Assembly: GCA_015064885.1 (NCBI GenBank)
Contig: SVRJ01000007.1
Span: forward strand, 2,883-66,882
Direction of reading: 5' to 3'
Source of the DNA: Oscillospiraceae bacterium
GTDB lineage: Bacteria; Bacillota; Clostridia; Oscillospirales; CAG-272
Length of the DNA: 64,000 nt
In this document: in pieces, positions 27,734 to 39,100 of the stretch
How the letters are laid out: the number at the start of each line of letters is the position of its first letter
How positions within the stretch are numbered: the stretch's first letter is position 1
Made by a program: the position numbers and the translations under genes
The notes under the pieces: generated by a model
Told to the model about the DNA's origin: nothing
Databases searched by the model: none
Seen by the model: only the letters and a program-made list of their open reading frames with translations

Positions 27734-28903
27734 TTGATAAACCTTTTAGCTAAACTTTTTATAAAAGATCATAAGAATATAGAATCCCCAAAGGTAAGAA
27801 ATGCGTACGGCAGCCTTTGCGGTATAGCGGGAATAGTGCTTAACGTAATTCTTTTTGCGGTAAAGCTTATTGCGGGAAGCATCAGCGGTGCTATCTCGGT
27901 AATGTCTGACGCGTTTAATAACCTTACCGACGCCGCATCGTCTCTTATAACCCTTCTCGGCTTTCATATGTCAAGTCAGAAGGCGGATAAAGATCACCCC
28001 TTCGGACATGGAAGAATAGAATATATATCCGGTCTTGTAGTGTCTTTGCTCATCCTTCTCGTCGGATTCGAGCTTGCCAAGGGCTCTGTAGAGAAAATGA
28101 TATCTCCGGAGGAGATAGAATTCAATATTACAGCAGTTATTATTCTGGCTGTTTCTATCGCGGTAAAAGGGTATATGGCTTTCTATAATTTCAAGATCGG
28201 AAAGAAGATATCCTCCGCAGCTATGAAGGCCACGGCTACCGATTCGCTTTCGGATTCTGTAGCCACACTTGTGGTTCTTGTTTGCCTGCTTGTTTCCGGT
28301 ATATTCTCTGTTAATATAGATGCGTACTGCGGTCTTGCGGTATCACTCTTTATTCTTTATTCGGGTATCCGATCCGCAAAGGAAACGATGGACCCTCTTC
28401 TCGGCGTTCCGCCCACAAAAGAGTTTATAGACAGAATATCCGGTATAGTTTTTGCTCATGAGGACGTGAAGGGAATACACGACCTTATAGTACACGATTA
28501 CGGTCCCGGCAGAACCATGATCTCCCTCCATGCCGAGGTGTCAGCGGATTCGGATATGCTGGAGACTCACGATATGATAGACAATATCGAAAAGGAGCTC
28601 CGTGAAAAGCTGTTGTGTGACGCCGTTATTCATATGGACCCTATAGTTACCGATGATGCGACGGTCATCGAGGTAAAGGAAAAAATAGCGGCTCTCGTGA
28701 CGTGCATCGATCACAGACTTACCATACATGATTTCCGAATGGTAAAGGGTCCCACACATACGAATATAATATTTGATATAGTAGTTCCGTTTGACTTTAA
28801 GAAAAGTGACAGCGATATCAAATCCGATATTGAGATTATCGTCAAGACTATAGATAAGTCTTATTTCTCGGTAGTAAATATAGATAAATCCTATTTGAAC
28901 TGA
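27734..28903 (+). CDS. Cation diffusion facilitator transporter
   Basis: SDAFNNLTD, HPFGHGRIEY, DSLSD, duplicated C-terminal HD domains; TTG start after GGAGG. Confidence 0.9.
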   Translation: MINLLAKLFIKDHKNIESPKVRNAYGSLCGIAGIVLNVILFAVKLIAGSISGAISVMSDAFNNLTDAASSLITLLGFHMSSQKADKDHPFGHGRIEYISGLVVSLLILLVGFELAKGSVEKMISPEEIEFNITAVIILAVSIAVKGYMAFYNFKIGKKISSAAMKATATDSLSDSVATLVVLVCLLVSGIFSVNIDAYCGLAVSLFILYSGIRSAKETMDPLLGVPPTKEFIDRISGIVFAHEDVKGIHDLIVHDYGPGRTMISLHAEVSADSDMLETHDMIDNIEKELREKLLCDAVIHMDPIVTDDATVIEVKEKIAALVTCIDHRLTIHDFRMVKGPTHTNIIFDIVVPFDFKKSDSDIKSDIEIIVKTIDKSYFSVVNIDKSYLN

Positions 28904-28930
28904 TTTTGATACATTATAAGGAGAAATAAA

Positions 28931-29515
28931 ATGAGAAAAAATTTCGGTCCCGCACCTGCGGTATATCCCATGCCCGTGTTTATTATAGGCACTTATGACG
29001 AAAACGGAATCCCTAACGCTATGAACGCCGCATGGGGAGGTATCAGCGAGATGAACGAGATCTCTATTTGCGTAAGCGCAGATCACAAAACAACTAAAAA
29101 TATTCTTCTCAAAAAAGCGTTTACAGTTAGTATGGCAACCGCTGATTTTGTCGAGGAATGCGATTACGTAGGTCTTCGTTCGGGCAATAGTACACCCGAT
29201 AAGCTCTCAATATGCGGTTTTCACACAGAGAAGAGCGAATTTGTAGACGCTCCGCTGATCAAAGAGCTTCCTATGGCTATCGAATGCAAGCTCAAATCAT
29301 ACGACGAGGAAACCTGCCGCCTTGTTGGAGAAATCGTAAATCTTTGCGCGGACGAACGCGTTCTTACCGACGGAAAAATAGATCCGGTAAAGCTCCGCCC
29401 TATAACGTACGACCCAAGCGGACACGCTTATTACGTCCTCGGTGAAAAGGTTGGAAAAGCATTTAAAATCGGAATCAGAATTATCAGAAGATCAGAATCA
29501 TCAGAGAAAAACTGA
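28931..29515 (+). CDS. Flavin reductase family protein (flavoredoxin-like)
   Basis: YPMPVFIIGTYD, NAMNAAWGG, APLIKELP..ECK. Confidence 0.85.
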   Translation: MRKNFGPAPAVYPMPVFIIGTYDENGIPNAMNAAWGGISEMNEISICVSADHKTTKNILLKKAFTVSMATADFVEECDYVGLRSGNSTPDKLSICGFHTEKSEFVDAPLIKELPMAIECKLKSYDEETCRLVGEIVNLCADERVLTDGKIDPVKLRPITYDPSGHAYYVLGEKVGKAFKIGIRIIRRSESSEKN

Positions 29516-29528
29516 CGGTTTAACATGA

Positions 29529-29566
29529 AAAAAGCTCGGGTACATTTTTTTGTGCCCGAGCTTTTT
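29529..29566. terminator. Bidirectional terminator
   Basis: AAAAAGCTCGGG...CCCGAGCTTTTT between convergent genes. Confidence 0.8.
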
Positions 29567-29567
29567 G

Positions 29568-30875
29568 TTATGATATTACCTTGTGTATCAGAGGTTCTTT
29601 ATTTGTGCGGTTGTCGCTGAAAACGAGTGACGAAAGAAGACATTCTCTTGACGCTTCAAGTGTTTCTTCCTTTTCGGTATAAAGACGTGCTATGACGTCT
29701 CCCTTGCTTACTTTGTCATACGTCTTCTTTGACAGAATTATTCCCGCACGATGGTCGATAGTCGATTCAGCGGTCTGTCTTCCGGCTCCGAGTATCATGG
29801 CGGCAATGCCTATTTTTTCGGTATTGCAAGAGGATATATATCCGTCTGTATCAGAGATAACGTCCATGGAATATTTTGCTTTGCCAAAGTTTGCGGGATC
29901 GTGAGCGTATGAAACGTCCCCTCCCTGAGCTTCTATCCATTCGCAGAATTTTTCATACGCCTTTCCGCTTTTAAGCGTATTCTCAACTCTTTCTCTTGCA
30001 TCTTCGTGAGGTATATTACACGATCTCTCTATCATAAGCGATGCGAGAGTGAGACATACCTCGCGGAGATCATCCGGACCGTTTCCGTTCAAAACGTCGA
30101 TAGCCTCTGTAACCTCGAGAGAGTTTCCTATAGCATACCCGAGAGGAATATCCATATTGCTTATTATTGCCGCGGTCCGCCTATTATGATAGTTTCCTAT
30201 TTTGACCATCATATTTGCAAGCTTTTCGGCATCCTCCTTGGTGTGCATAAAAGCTCCGCTTCCGTACTTGACGTCAAGTACTATAGAGCGCGTTCCCGCG
30301 GCAAGCTTCTTGCTCATGATAGAGGATGCAATGAGGGGAATAGAATTTACCGTAGCAGTTACGTCCCGCAGGGCATACAGCTTTTTGTCTGCGGGTGCAA
30401 TATCCGCGCTTTGACCGATCACGGCAATGTTGTGATCCTTTACTTGGTTTGCAAATTCATCTGCGGAGAGGGTGGTGCGGAAGGAAGGGAATGATTCGAG
30501 CTTATCAACCGTTCCGCCGGTGTGACCGAGTCCGCGTCCGCTCATTTTTGCCACTATTCCTCCGGAAGCAGCAACAAGCGGCGCAACTATAAGAGTCGTC
30601 TTGTCTCCGACCCCTCCGGTAGAATGCTTATCAACGCTTCTGCTTCCGAATGCGGAAAGATCCACAGTATCGCCCGAAAGTGCCATAGCCTCGGTTAGCT
30701 CAAACGTCTCTCGGTCACTCATTCCGCGGAAGCACACAGCCATAAGCCATGCCGACATCTGATAGTCGGGGATATTTCCTTTGGTATATTCATTTATCAT
30801 AGAGAATATCTCGTCACGAGTGAGTTCTTCACCGTTTTTTTTCTTCTCTATGATATCGTACATTCTTATGCTCAT
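29568..30875 (-). CDS. pdp: Pyrimidine-nucleoside phosphorylase
   Basis: DKHSTGGVGDK, KMSGRGLGHTGGTVDKLES, YALRDVT, SIMSKK. Confidence 0.93.
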   Translation of the reverse strand: MSIRMYDIIEKKKNGEELTRDEIFSMINEYTKGNIPDYQMSAWLMAVCFRGMSDRETFELTEAMALSGDTVDLSAFGSRSVDKHSTGGVGDKTTLIVAPLVAASGGIVAKMSGRGLGHTGGTVDKLESFPSFRTTLSADEFANQVKDHNIAVIGQSADIAPADKKLYALRDVTATVNSIPLIASSIMSKKLAAGTRSIVLDVKYGSGAFMHTKEDAEKLANMMVKIGNYHNRRTAAIISNMDIPLGYAIGNSLEVTEAIDVLNGNGPDDLREVCLTLASLMIERSCNIPHEDARERVENTLKSGKAYEKFCEWIEAQGGDVSYAHDPANFGKAKYSMDVISDTDGYISSCNTEKIGIAAMILGAGRQTAESTIDHRAGIILSKKTYDKVSKGDVIARLYTEKEETLEASRECLLSSLVFSDNRTNKEPLIHKVIS

Positions 30876-30890
30876 ATATACCTCCGAAGG

Positions 30891-31310
30891 TCATTCCATA
30901 TTAGCCTTCACAAAGCTCTCGGGGAGAAGCTGTGAAAGAGTGAATATGCGCGGCTCTTTGCCGTCGTACAGGATCACTTGAAAATCCGGGCTGCAGAATT
31001 CACACATTACCTGTCTGCATACGCCGCACGGTGCGCAGTATGAGGATATCTCCTCATTGCTTTTACCGCCTACTACCGCAATAGCGGAAAAGTTTCTTTC
31101 TCCATTGTGAACCGCAGTGAAAAACGCAACACGCTCTGCACAAACCGTAGGTGAAAATGAAGCAGACTCAATATTTGCCCCGGTAAAGATCTTTCCGTCA
31201 TTAGTGAGAAGTGCCGCTCCGACAGAGAATCCCGAATATGGAGAATAACTTTTGTTTCTTGCCTCTGTTGCGGCAGAAACGAGTGCTTTTACAGTTGTTT
31301 CGTTTAACAT
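30891..31310 (-). CDS. cdd: Cytidine deaminase
   Basis: YSPYSGFSVGAA, CAERVA, PCGVCRQ. Confidence 0.95.
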   Translation of the reverse strand: MLNETTVKALVSAATEARNKSYSPYSGFSVGAALLTNDGKIFTGANIESASFSPTVCAERVAFFTAVHNGERNFSAIAVVGGKSNEEISSYCAPCGVCRQVMCEFCSPDFQVILYDGKEPRIFTLSQLLPESFVKANME

Positions 31311-31320
31311 ATTTCCTCCG

Positions 31321-32436
31321 TTAAAGCAAATAATCTGCTATCACCTTGCTTATATGATCGAATCCGTTTACCGTTCCTATGTTTTTTGGTGAAATAGATC
31401 TTCCGTAGCAGATATACGGAACGTATTCGCGTGTGTGGTCGGTGCTCTTGAAGGTGGGGTCACATCCGTGGTCAGCGGTTATGATGAGCATATCCTCTTC
31501 CTTCATGCTTGACATGAATCCTCCGAGCCATCCGTCAAATTCATTCAGTGCATTGGCGTATCCGACAGCGTCTCTTCTGTGTCCGTAAAGCATATCAAAG
31601 TCAACGAGATTTATAAAGCACAGACCTTCAAAATCACGTTTCTGAACCGAAGATGCAATTTCCATTCCCTCTGTGTTTCCGTGCGTGGGGTGGCTTTCCG
31701 TAATGCCCGACATTGCGAAAATATCTCCGATCTTTCCGACACCGATAACGTCTTTTCCTGCCGCTTTCAATCGGTTAAGAAGAGTGTCTTTCGGAGGAAT
31801 AAGAGAAAAATCACGTCTGTTTGCCGTTCTGATAAAATTCGGAGCTTCTCCCGTGAACGGACGCGCGATGACGCGGCCCACCCCGTGCTTCCCGACAAGA
31901 ATGCCTCGTGCGATCTCGCATATTTTATAAAGCTCTTCTGTAGAAACTATACTTTCATGCGCCGCTATCTGGAATACGCTATCGGCTGAGGTATAGACTA
32001 TAAGAGCTCCCGTCTTTAGATGCTCCTCACCGTAGTCGTTTATGACCGCAGTTCCCGAATAGGGAAGATTACATAATATTTTGCGGCCTACCGCAGTTTC
32101 AAACGCCTCTGTTACCTCTTTCGGAAATCCATTCGGATAAGTGGGCATAGGCTCCTTTGAAACAAGTCCGGCAATTTCCCAGTGACCCGTGGTGGTGTCC
32201 TTGCCTTTGCTGAGCTCGCGAAGTCTGCCTACCGTGGCGCAAGCAAGTTCGGTCTTGGGGAGAGAGGAAACTCCGTCTATGTTTCCGAGGCCCAGAGAGA
32301 TAAGATTGGGAATGTTCAGTATACCCGTGTCTGCTATACTCTTTAATGTGTTTGCTCCCGCGTCACCGAAATCCTTTGCGTCTGCCGCTTCTCCTATGCC
32401 GAAGGAATCAAGGACTGTTAAAAAAACTCTTTTCAT
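31321..32436 (-). CDS. deoB: Phosphopentomutase
   Basis: VLDSFGIG, GKDTTTGHWE, YTSADSVFQIAAH, GRVIARPF, YGHRRD, ADHG, DHTRE. Confidence 0.95.
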   Translation of the reverse strand: MKRVFLTVLDSFGIGEAADAKDFGDAGANTLKSIADTGILNIPNLISLGLGNIDGVSSLPKTELACATVGRLRELSKGKDTTTGHWEIAGLVSKEPMPTYPNGFPKEVTEAFETAVGRKILCNLPYSGTAVINDYGEEHLKTGALIVYTSADSVFQIAAHESIVSTEELYKICEIARGILVGKHGVGRVIARPFTGEAPNFIRTANRRDFSLIPPKDTLLNRLKAAGKDVIGVGKIGDIFAMSGITESHPTHGNTEGMEIASSVQKRDFEGLCFINLVDFDMLYGHRRDAVGYANALNEFDGWLGGFMSSMKEEDMLIITADHGCDPTFKSTDHTREYVPYICYGRSISPKNIGTVNGFDHISKVIADYLL

Positions 32437-32440
32437 ATTT

Positions 32441-33160
32441 TTACTCCGAGATCGCAACGTTGAGAGCGATCTTCATCATATCTGTAAACGTGTTCTGTCT
32501 CGCATCCGAATCGAGCGCCTCTCCGCGGAGAATATGGTCGGATACCGTGCATATTGCAAGTGCTTTCTTTCCTGCCGCCGCAGCGTTCATATACAGAGCC
32601 GCAGCTTCCATCTCAACACCGAGTACGCCCATCTTATACCAACCGTCGTTGAATTTAGGGTTTGCATTGTAGAAAACGTCGGAGGAGAGAAGATTTCCTA
32701 CGTGGTAGCGTACGCCGAGAGCTTCAGCCTCGGAAACGGCGCGCCTTAGCAGGGAAAAATCAGCTATCGGAGCAAAGTTACCTCCGAGTCCGTACTGCTC
32801 TTGGTATGCGGAGTTTGTGCAGGCACCCATTCCGATGATAACGTCGCGAAGCTGAACGTCATCTCCGAGTCCTCCCGCCGAGCCTATTCTTATAATGTTT
32901 TCAACACCGAAGAAATTATAAAGCTCGTATGAGTATATACCTATAGAAGGCATTCCCATTCCGCTTGCCATTACGGATACGGGAACTCCCTTGTAGGTTC
33001 CCGTATATCCTTGAATACCACGCACGTTGTTTATAAGCTTTGCGTCGGTAAGAAAGTTTTCTGCCACGAATTTTGATCTGAGCGGGTCACCGGGCATAAG
33101 TACCGTTTTGGCGAAATCGGCACTTGTGGCCTTTATATGAGGGGTGTATTGATCTTTCAT
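32441..33160 (-). CDS. deoD: Purine-nucleoside phosphorylase DeoD-type
   Basis: TPHI, MPGDPLR, GMGMPSIGIY, VEMEAAALY. Confidence 0.95.
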   Translation of the reverse strand: MKDQYTPHIKATSADFAKTVLMPGDPLRSKFVAENFLTDAKLINNVRGIQGYTGTYKGVPVSVMASGMGMPSIGIYSYELYNFFGVENIIRIGSAGGLGDDVQLRDVIIGMGACTNSAYQEQYGLGGNFAPIADFSLLRRAVSEAEALGVRYHVGNLLSSDVFYNANPKFNDGWYKMGVLGVEMEAAALYMNAAAAGKKALAICTVSDHILRGEALDSDARQNTFTDMMKIALNVAISE

Positions 33161-33187
33161 ATCAGTAATTCCTTTCGTAAATAAATA

Positions 33188-33856
33188 TCAATATCCGGAA
33201 GAGCTTTTCTCGCTCTTGGCGATCTTAACTATGCGGCTTGTTCCGAGTCTCTTTGCTCCGAGAGCGATAAAATCCTCAGCATCGGCAATAGAGGATATTC
33301 CTCCCGCCGCCTTGATGAGAACTCCTTTTCCGACGTGCTTTGCAAAAAGTTCAACGTCTGCCTTGGTAGCGCCTCCCGTTGAAAATCCGGTAGACGTCTT
33401 AATATAGTCGGCACCCGAAAGGGTAACAAGCTCGCACATCTTTATTTTTTCCTCGTCTGTAAGAAGGCAGGTCTCTATTATGACCTTGAGTATTTTTTCA
33501 CCGCAAGCCTCTTTAAGAGCTTTGAGCTCGCAGAGAATAGCGTCGTATTTTTTTGCCTTAAGATCGCCTATGTTGATAACCGTGTCTATTTCGTCTGCAC
33601 CGTTCATAAGCGCGTCCTTGCATTCAAACACCTTTACTGCCGTAGTGGAATATCCGTTCGGAAATCCTATTACAGTACAGATGGCAAGTTTATCCTTGAC
33701 GTATTCTTTTGCCTGCTTTACAAAGGAGGGGGGAATACATACCGAAGCGGTATTGTACTTTATACCGTCGTCGCATATGCCTTTGATATCATCCCACGTA
33801 GCTCCCTGTGCAAGAAGTGTGTGATCGCAATAAGTAAGTATTTGTTCAATATTCAT
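33188..33856 (-). CDS. deoC: Deoxyribose-phosphate aldolase
   Basis: DHTLL, VIGFP, GADEID, KVIIET, KTSTGF, KAAGG. Confidence 0.95.
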   Translation of the reverse strand: MNIEQILTYCDHTLLAQGATWDDIKGICDDGIKYNTASVCIPPSFVKQAKEYVKDKLAICTVIGFPNGYSTTAVKVFECKDALMNGADEIDTVINIGDLKAKKYDAILCELKALKEACGEKILKVIIETCLLTDEEKIKMCELVTLSGADYIKTSTGFSTGGATKADVELFAKHVGKGVLIKAAGGISSIADAEDFIALGAKRLGTSRIVKIAKSEKSSSGY

Positions 33857-33957
33857 GATATAAACCTCACTATAATTTTTTCTGTTTTAATTATACCATA
33901 TTTTTTAGAAAAAATAAAGAGTTATCTTGAAAAAAACTATAAAAACAAAAGAAAATA

Positions 33958-33986
33958 TTGCATTATACGATCGTTTAGTGTATAAT
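33958..33986 (+). promoter_or_regulatory. sigmaA-like promoter upstream of the ECF sigma at 34084
   Basis: TTGCAT-17-TATAAT. Confidence 0.55.
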
Positions 33987-34083
33987 ATATGCAGATCCTT
34001 TATTTTTTACTGTAATATTTTTTAATTTGATCCGTACTATACTGTGAACCGATTCAAAGGATTTCCGAGGAAGGAGGAATCAT

Positions 34084-34641
34084 ATGCGCGATGAAGATTT
34101 ACTGCGTCTTTTAAAGAAGGATCCCGAGCGCGGGATGGATATTCTTATAAATGAATACAGCTCTCTTCTTTATGCAGTCGTGAAAGCAAAATTTCAAAAC
34201 GGCGAATACTATTCCTCGGATATTGAGGACTGTGTTTCGGATACGTTTACGAAGTTCTATCTTGAGCTTGACAGATACCGACTCTCGAAGGGAAGTGTCG
34301 CTTCGTATCTGTGCGTTATGGCGCGTAACCGCGCGATCGACGTTGCCCGCAAAAGGGGAGTTGAGCTTGCATATATGAGGCGTGAGGATGAAACGCTTTT
34401 TCAGATCGACGACATGCTTCGGATAGAAGAAGAGCTTATATCAGAGGAGATCATTTCTGAGATAGTAAGCGAGATAAGCAATCTCGGTTATCCGGATAAG
34501 GAAGTAATATACCGTAAATTCTATCTGTCGCAGAGCTCGGCTCAAATAGCAAAGGCGCTGAATATCAGCGAAACAAACGTAAACGTAAGAGTACACAGAG
34601 TTATAAAAAAGCTGAGAGAAAAATTTGGAGGTAAACAGTAA
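34084..34641 (+). CDS. ECF-type RNA polymerase sigma-70 factor
   Basis: DIEDCVSDTF, SYLCVMARNRAID, region 4 IYRKFYLSQSSAQIAKALNISETNVNVRVHR; RBS AGGAGG. Confidence 0.9.
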   Translation: MRDEDLLRLLKKDPERGMDILINEYSSLLYAVVKAKFQNGEYYSSDIEDCVSDTFTKFYLELDRYRLSKGSVASYLCVMARNRAIDVARKRGVELAYMRREDETLFQIDDMLRIEEELISEEIISEIVSEISNLGYPDKEVIYRKFYLSQSSAQIAKALNISETNVNVRVHRVIKKLREKFGGKQ

Positions 34642-34645
34642 AGCA

Positions 34646-35983
34646 ATGAGTAAGAAGGATCTTCACGGTATCTTGGATAATATGAGCGCAAAGGATCTTG
34701 ACTCTCTGGATTGCCAAAAAGCAGGTATAGAACAGATCGACCGCGCTTCTCTTGAGCGTATAAAAAGCAGGACGCTCTCAAAATGTATTAAAAACAGTAA
34801 AAAAACAAACAGTACACGCTTTTTCCGTATTCTTTCTCCTTTGGTTGCCGCATCTCTCGTAATATGTGTTGGTATAGGAATCGCCTTTTCAATTGGACCG
34901 GTGATGAATTATATGCAGTCACTCAAGGTACCCGTAGGTGATGGAATGATAACAACGCGCCCAAGCAGTACGGTCACTGACGAGCCGGCGTTAACAGATG
35001 CCAAAACTACAAGTAAACCGGTCGAGTCCGGAACAGAACCTCCTTCTGTCGTTGTGCCGGAGAGCTTTCTTCCCGTAAGAGACAAAACCAACCTCTTTCT
35101 TATGAATATGCGTGTGGAGGAGGAGACAGGATATCCTGACGTGTATGCCACTCTTACTCCCGGAGTTGACGAGCGGATAGAGGCATGCGTTCAGTACAAC
35201 GAGCAGGTGAAGGATTACGGATGCTACTTTCAGGTAGGGCTCAAAACGAGAAGCAAGGGAACTCTAAGTATAACCGTTGAGGGTGCTGACCAAGCGAAAT
35301 CAAGCGTCAGCGTCTGGGTAAAGGAGCCCGATTCGGATGAGTACGTTCTTTGCGCTAATTCATATGAGGTAAAGGATTACGGAAGCAAGAAATATGATAG
35401 CGAGATAATATTCTTTGTTACGCAAAACGAGTTTCTGAACAGTTACGTGGAATCCGGAAGCGTGAATATCACGTTTGCGGATAATGAATGCGGATACGTA
35501 ACGGAAGCGGCTCACTTTAAGTATTCTTATTTACACAAGCATATTGTACCTCCCGGCGGGAACGAGAGTGACGCTGTAGACGTTTGCGAGGTATACGTAG
35601 AGAAAAGTGCGTCCTTTCCGAACGTCGAGGGTCAGCTCGTCACAGATGAATATATAGAACTGTTTTTTGCGGATATAAATGAATATACGAAAGGCCCGAA
35701 CGCTATACGTATCTTATCTCAAGGAGAGCTCTTTACCGCAGCGGTTGCTCTTAAAGAGGGTATGTATCTTTATGAAGCGGTGTATCTGCTGAACGATACT
35801 TATCTCAGAAATATTGCGGACGTATCTACGCTGGTCTATGGTTCTGAAAACGCTAAAACTCTGCTTATTCATGCTGACTGCAATTACGTTATAACGTCTA
35901 TAGAGCTTGTAGATGAATATAACCCACCGGAAACGTCCTTCGATACTACCATGGATACTGTCACCGAGCCACTCTCTCCGTGA
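34646..35983 (+). CDS. Putative single-TM anti-sigma factor with an unrecognised extracellular domain
   Basis: Directly follows the sigma; cytoplasmic helical N-terminus (SLERIKSRTLSK), TM (LVAASLVICVGIGIAF), T/P/S linker. Confidence 0.7.
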   Translation: MSKKDLHGILDNMSAKDLDSLDCQKAGIEQIDRASLERIKSRTLSKCIKNSKKTNSTRFFRILSPLVAASLVICVGIGIAFSIGPVMNYMQSLKVPVGDGMITTRPSSTVTDEPALTDAKTTSKPVESGTEPPSVVVPESFLPVRDKTNLFLMNMRVEEETGYPDVYATLTPGVDERIEACVQYNEQVKDYGCYFQVGLKTRSKGTLSITVEGADQAKSSVSVWVKEPDSDEYVLCANSYEVKDYGSKKYDSEIIFFVTQNEFLNSYVESGSVNITFADNECGYVTEAAHFKYSYLHKHIVPPGGNESDAVDVCEVYVEKSASFPNVEGQLVTDEYIELFFADINEYTKGPNAIRILSQGELFTAAVALKEGMYLYEAVYLLNDTYLRNIADVSTLVYGSENAKTLLIHADCNYVITSIELVDEYNPPETSFDTTMDTVTEPLSP

Positions 35984-35996
35984 TTTTCGAATAAAT

Positions 35997-36031
35997 AAAC
36001 GGCAATACCCGAAAGGATATTGCCGTTTTTT
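35997..36031 (+). terminator. Intrinsic terminator
   Basis: AAACGGCAATA...TATTGCCGTTTTT. Confidence 0.75.
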
Positions 36032-36083
36032 ATTCCTAACCTCGACTTTGGATCCACTCAATTTATTATAATTGCTTTGTCAA

Positions 36084-36122
36084 GAAAAAAGTGCCCGAAG
36101 GACCGTTTGATCCTTCGGGCAC
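36084..36122 (-). terminator. Intrinsic terminator of the giant ECF gene
   Basis: GTGCCCGAAGGA...TCCTTCGGGCAC followed by a T run on the minus strand. Confidence 0.75.
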
Positions 36123-36140
36123 TGATAGATTTTTACAGGC

Positions 36141-39100
36141 TCACTTTCCTTCGTCGTCCATGACAGTTCTGACGCGGTCAATATATTCCTTGAACCTTTC
36201 TTCGTCACGAACCGAGTTGAACCACTCCCAACCACGTTTTGCGGTCAGACCGTAGTACATATCGTCTATTCCGCAATCAAACAGATGATCGTATGAGAGT
36301 GTTTCCTTCGTTCCGTCGGGAAGCAGGATGTATTCCTTCCCGAGAGCTACCTTTATGCCTCCGTAAACGAGAGCATCGCCAACGTCAAGAAGGTCGCCCT
36401 TCTTCTGTGAGGAGCACTTCTTAATGCTCTTAAGCGCTCTTTCAAGATATTCGTATCCTTCCTCTTTGTTCTTGCTTCCGAAAAGGGCGCAAGCGGTACG
36501 AAATTCGGTGAGTGCGTAAAATCCGTACCATGCCGGCGGTATATCTCCTCCCTCCGAAAGAGCTTCTACAGTTCTGAGTCTATGTTTATTCCACGCCGCA
36601 GCATTCAAAGGCGCCTTCCAATAGCGTGAATCACGTCCAAGGAAGTGTGTGAGTATATGGAAATTATTTACCGCATGGCGCAATCTGCTTTCTTCATGCT
36701 TACCAATATCCCAAAGTTGATCCTCTTCCACCTCTCCTGCGATCGCGGCGTACTGCGTGATCGGAGAGGATTTTTCACGTATTCCCGCTCTGTCGGCAAA
36801 TATAAGTATATCTCCGTCACCGCTACCGTCATCGGCATAGATGTATTCGGTGCTTGCGACAAAGCCGTCTGTAAGACCGAGCGCATCATATCTGCGGAAG
36901 AGACCGTCCGCAACCGGCATATAGCCTTCGCCCTTACCCTCATATGATGTAAGCTCGTACACAGCCGTCTTTATTCCTTCCGCATATTCGCTCTCAAAAC
37001 GGACGATACCTACGCCTTTTGCAAAATAGTACACCTTTCGTCCTCCTCTGTAATTGAGCCCGCTGCTGTCTTCAAATCCGCTTATGTCAAGCGTCAGCTT
37101 TATGCAGTCCGCGAATCTTCCTGCCTTGGTTTCTATAGGATCGCTTTCTTCACAGAGTATCTTTGTCTTCATCGGTCTGCGTTCCCAAAGCATAAATTCT
37201 ACGGTAGGCTCGGCACCGATACGCCATTCATCAGACCATATGCAGTTTGTAGCATCTTTAAGAATACCGTATATGTCGTTAAACAGTATAGGGTAGTAAG
37301 CATCCCCCATAACGCCTGTGTTCTTAAGCTCAAAGTCGAAGCGTGAGTCGCGGTCATCAAGCGTCACGGTTCCGTCTTTTACGCATACCGTACTTCTGTT
37401 GAAGAAATTCCAATGCCCGGTTGCCTTGCACTCGGGGTTGAATTTTGGATTTGTATCCATTATTCTCTGAGCCACCGAGCAGGCTGCTCTTGTGTGAGCT
37501 ATCTCGGACCGAGTCTTGGCAAGCGCTCTTGCTCTTTCTATGGGATAAGAAACGTCGCATACTCTGTCCTTGCCGTTCACCTCACGAAAGTATTCGTTTC
37601 TTATTTGAAGGACCATATCTATCCATGAATTTTCGTTATGCGATATGCGATCATATTCAGCCTTTTGCGATATGATAGCCTTTTTATCATCCGCATACTC
37701 AACGGTAAGAGACATGCCGTAGCGTAGGAATTTTTCTGAATGTGTGGGGTTGTGAGTCATCGTATATTCCCACGTGTTGCCTGTTGCCAGAGGTAGAAGG
37801 CCCCTTCCGCCGATTATACTGTAAGCCTTGAGAAGTCTCACCTCCGGGATCCCCGAGCTTTTTCTTATCTGTTTTACAATGCCGACTCCGTTTTTATAAT
37901 ATGTTTTGACAGTAGTGCCCTTGTTTTTTACGATCCAAAGCTCACATCCGTCAAATATTCCCGCGGGAGTACTTACACTTTCACAGTCCGAAACAAACGT
38001 AAGCTCGCTTTTGTCAGAGCCGATATGCGTCTCACCAACCGAGAGGGAAGACAGTGTGAAATTTCCGTCACAATATGCGGCATTTTTCAGAATAACGTCA
38101 TTATCTACGTCAGCTGAGTAAAGGTTACCCAGCGAGAGCCAGTCGCGATTATAATGCAGAGGCGTGCCGTCTATAATCTTAAGCTCGGTTACCGCAGAAA
38201 GAATGAGATAGTTGTTTATATCCTTATCAGCATACTCTCCATAACGCTTATCTCTTGCAGTCATTGCGGCTTTTGTGTAAGCATAGTAAAAATCCGACGG
38301 TGAGAGGAGAGACAAAACCTTGTTATAAGCATCATAACCCTTTTCCTTCTCGCCGCTTTCGAAATATTCGTACGCAAGCCAGAACCACTCGTGAGCAAGC
38401 GCTTTAACAAAGCCCGCTGCCTCAAGCCTCGGTATCTGCTTTTCACGGATAAAATCTATTTTTGATTTTCCGTAAACACGGGAGTCCTCTCGGCTTAAGA
38501 CAAACTGCATTACCTCTTCGTTTTTACTTGCTTGTGCCGCAGCCTTTATGCGTGCAAAGGTCTCGTCGTTCTTTTTTCCGGGTATCCACCACCATCCGCT
38601 GAGGAGAACGTCTGCGAGAGCGTGATCCTTATCCCTCGACTCGGGAAGCTCCTCCACCTCTTTGAGGACGTCCTTATATATTACCTCAAAACCGTTTTTG
38701 TTGTTTTTGAGCCTCCATAGCTTCAGCTCTTCAACCTTTTTCATTACACGTACCGTAAGCGTGTCGTTCCATTTTTCATTCATTGCACATAATTCCTTTC
38801 TGATTCGTTTTCTTCGGTCGTGAAGCTGCCATTTTACCGTCCCGACAGAAGCGTTCATTTTTTCCGCTATATCAACGATAGACAGCCCCTCGAAGTAGTG
38901 CATACGTATTACCGTACGTACCTTTTCAGGCAGCATTGATATGCTTCTTTGCAGCTCCTCGCTCTCCTGTTGCTTTTCTTCTTTTCTTGCATATACCTCT
39001 GCGGGGTCCTCGTTCTGCTCTTCATTTATACTGACGTTCTCGAGAACTTCAAGCGGAAGAAAGCTCCGAAAACGTCCTACCATGTTAGCAGCACAGTTTT

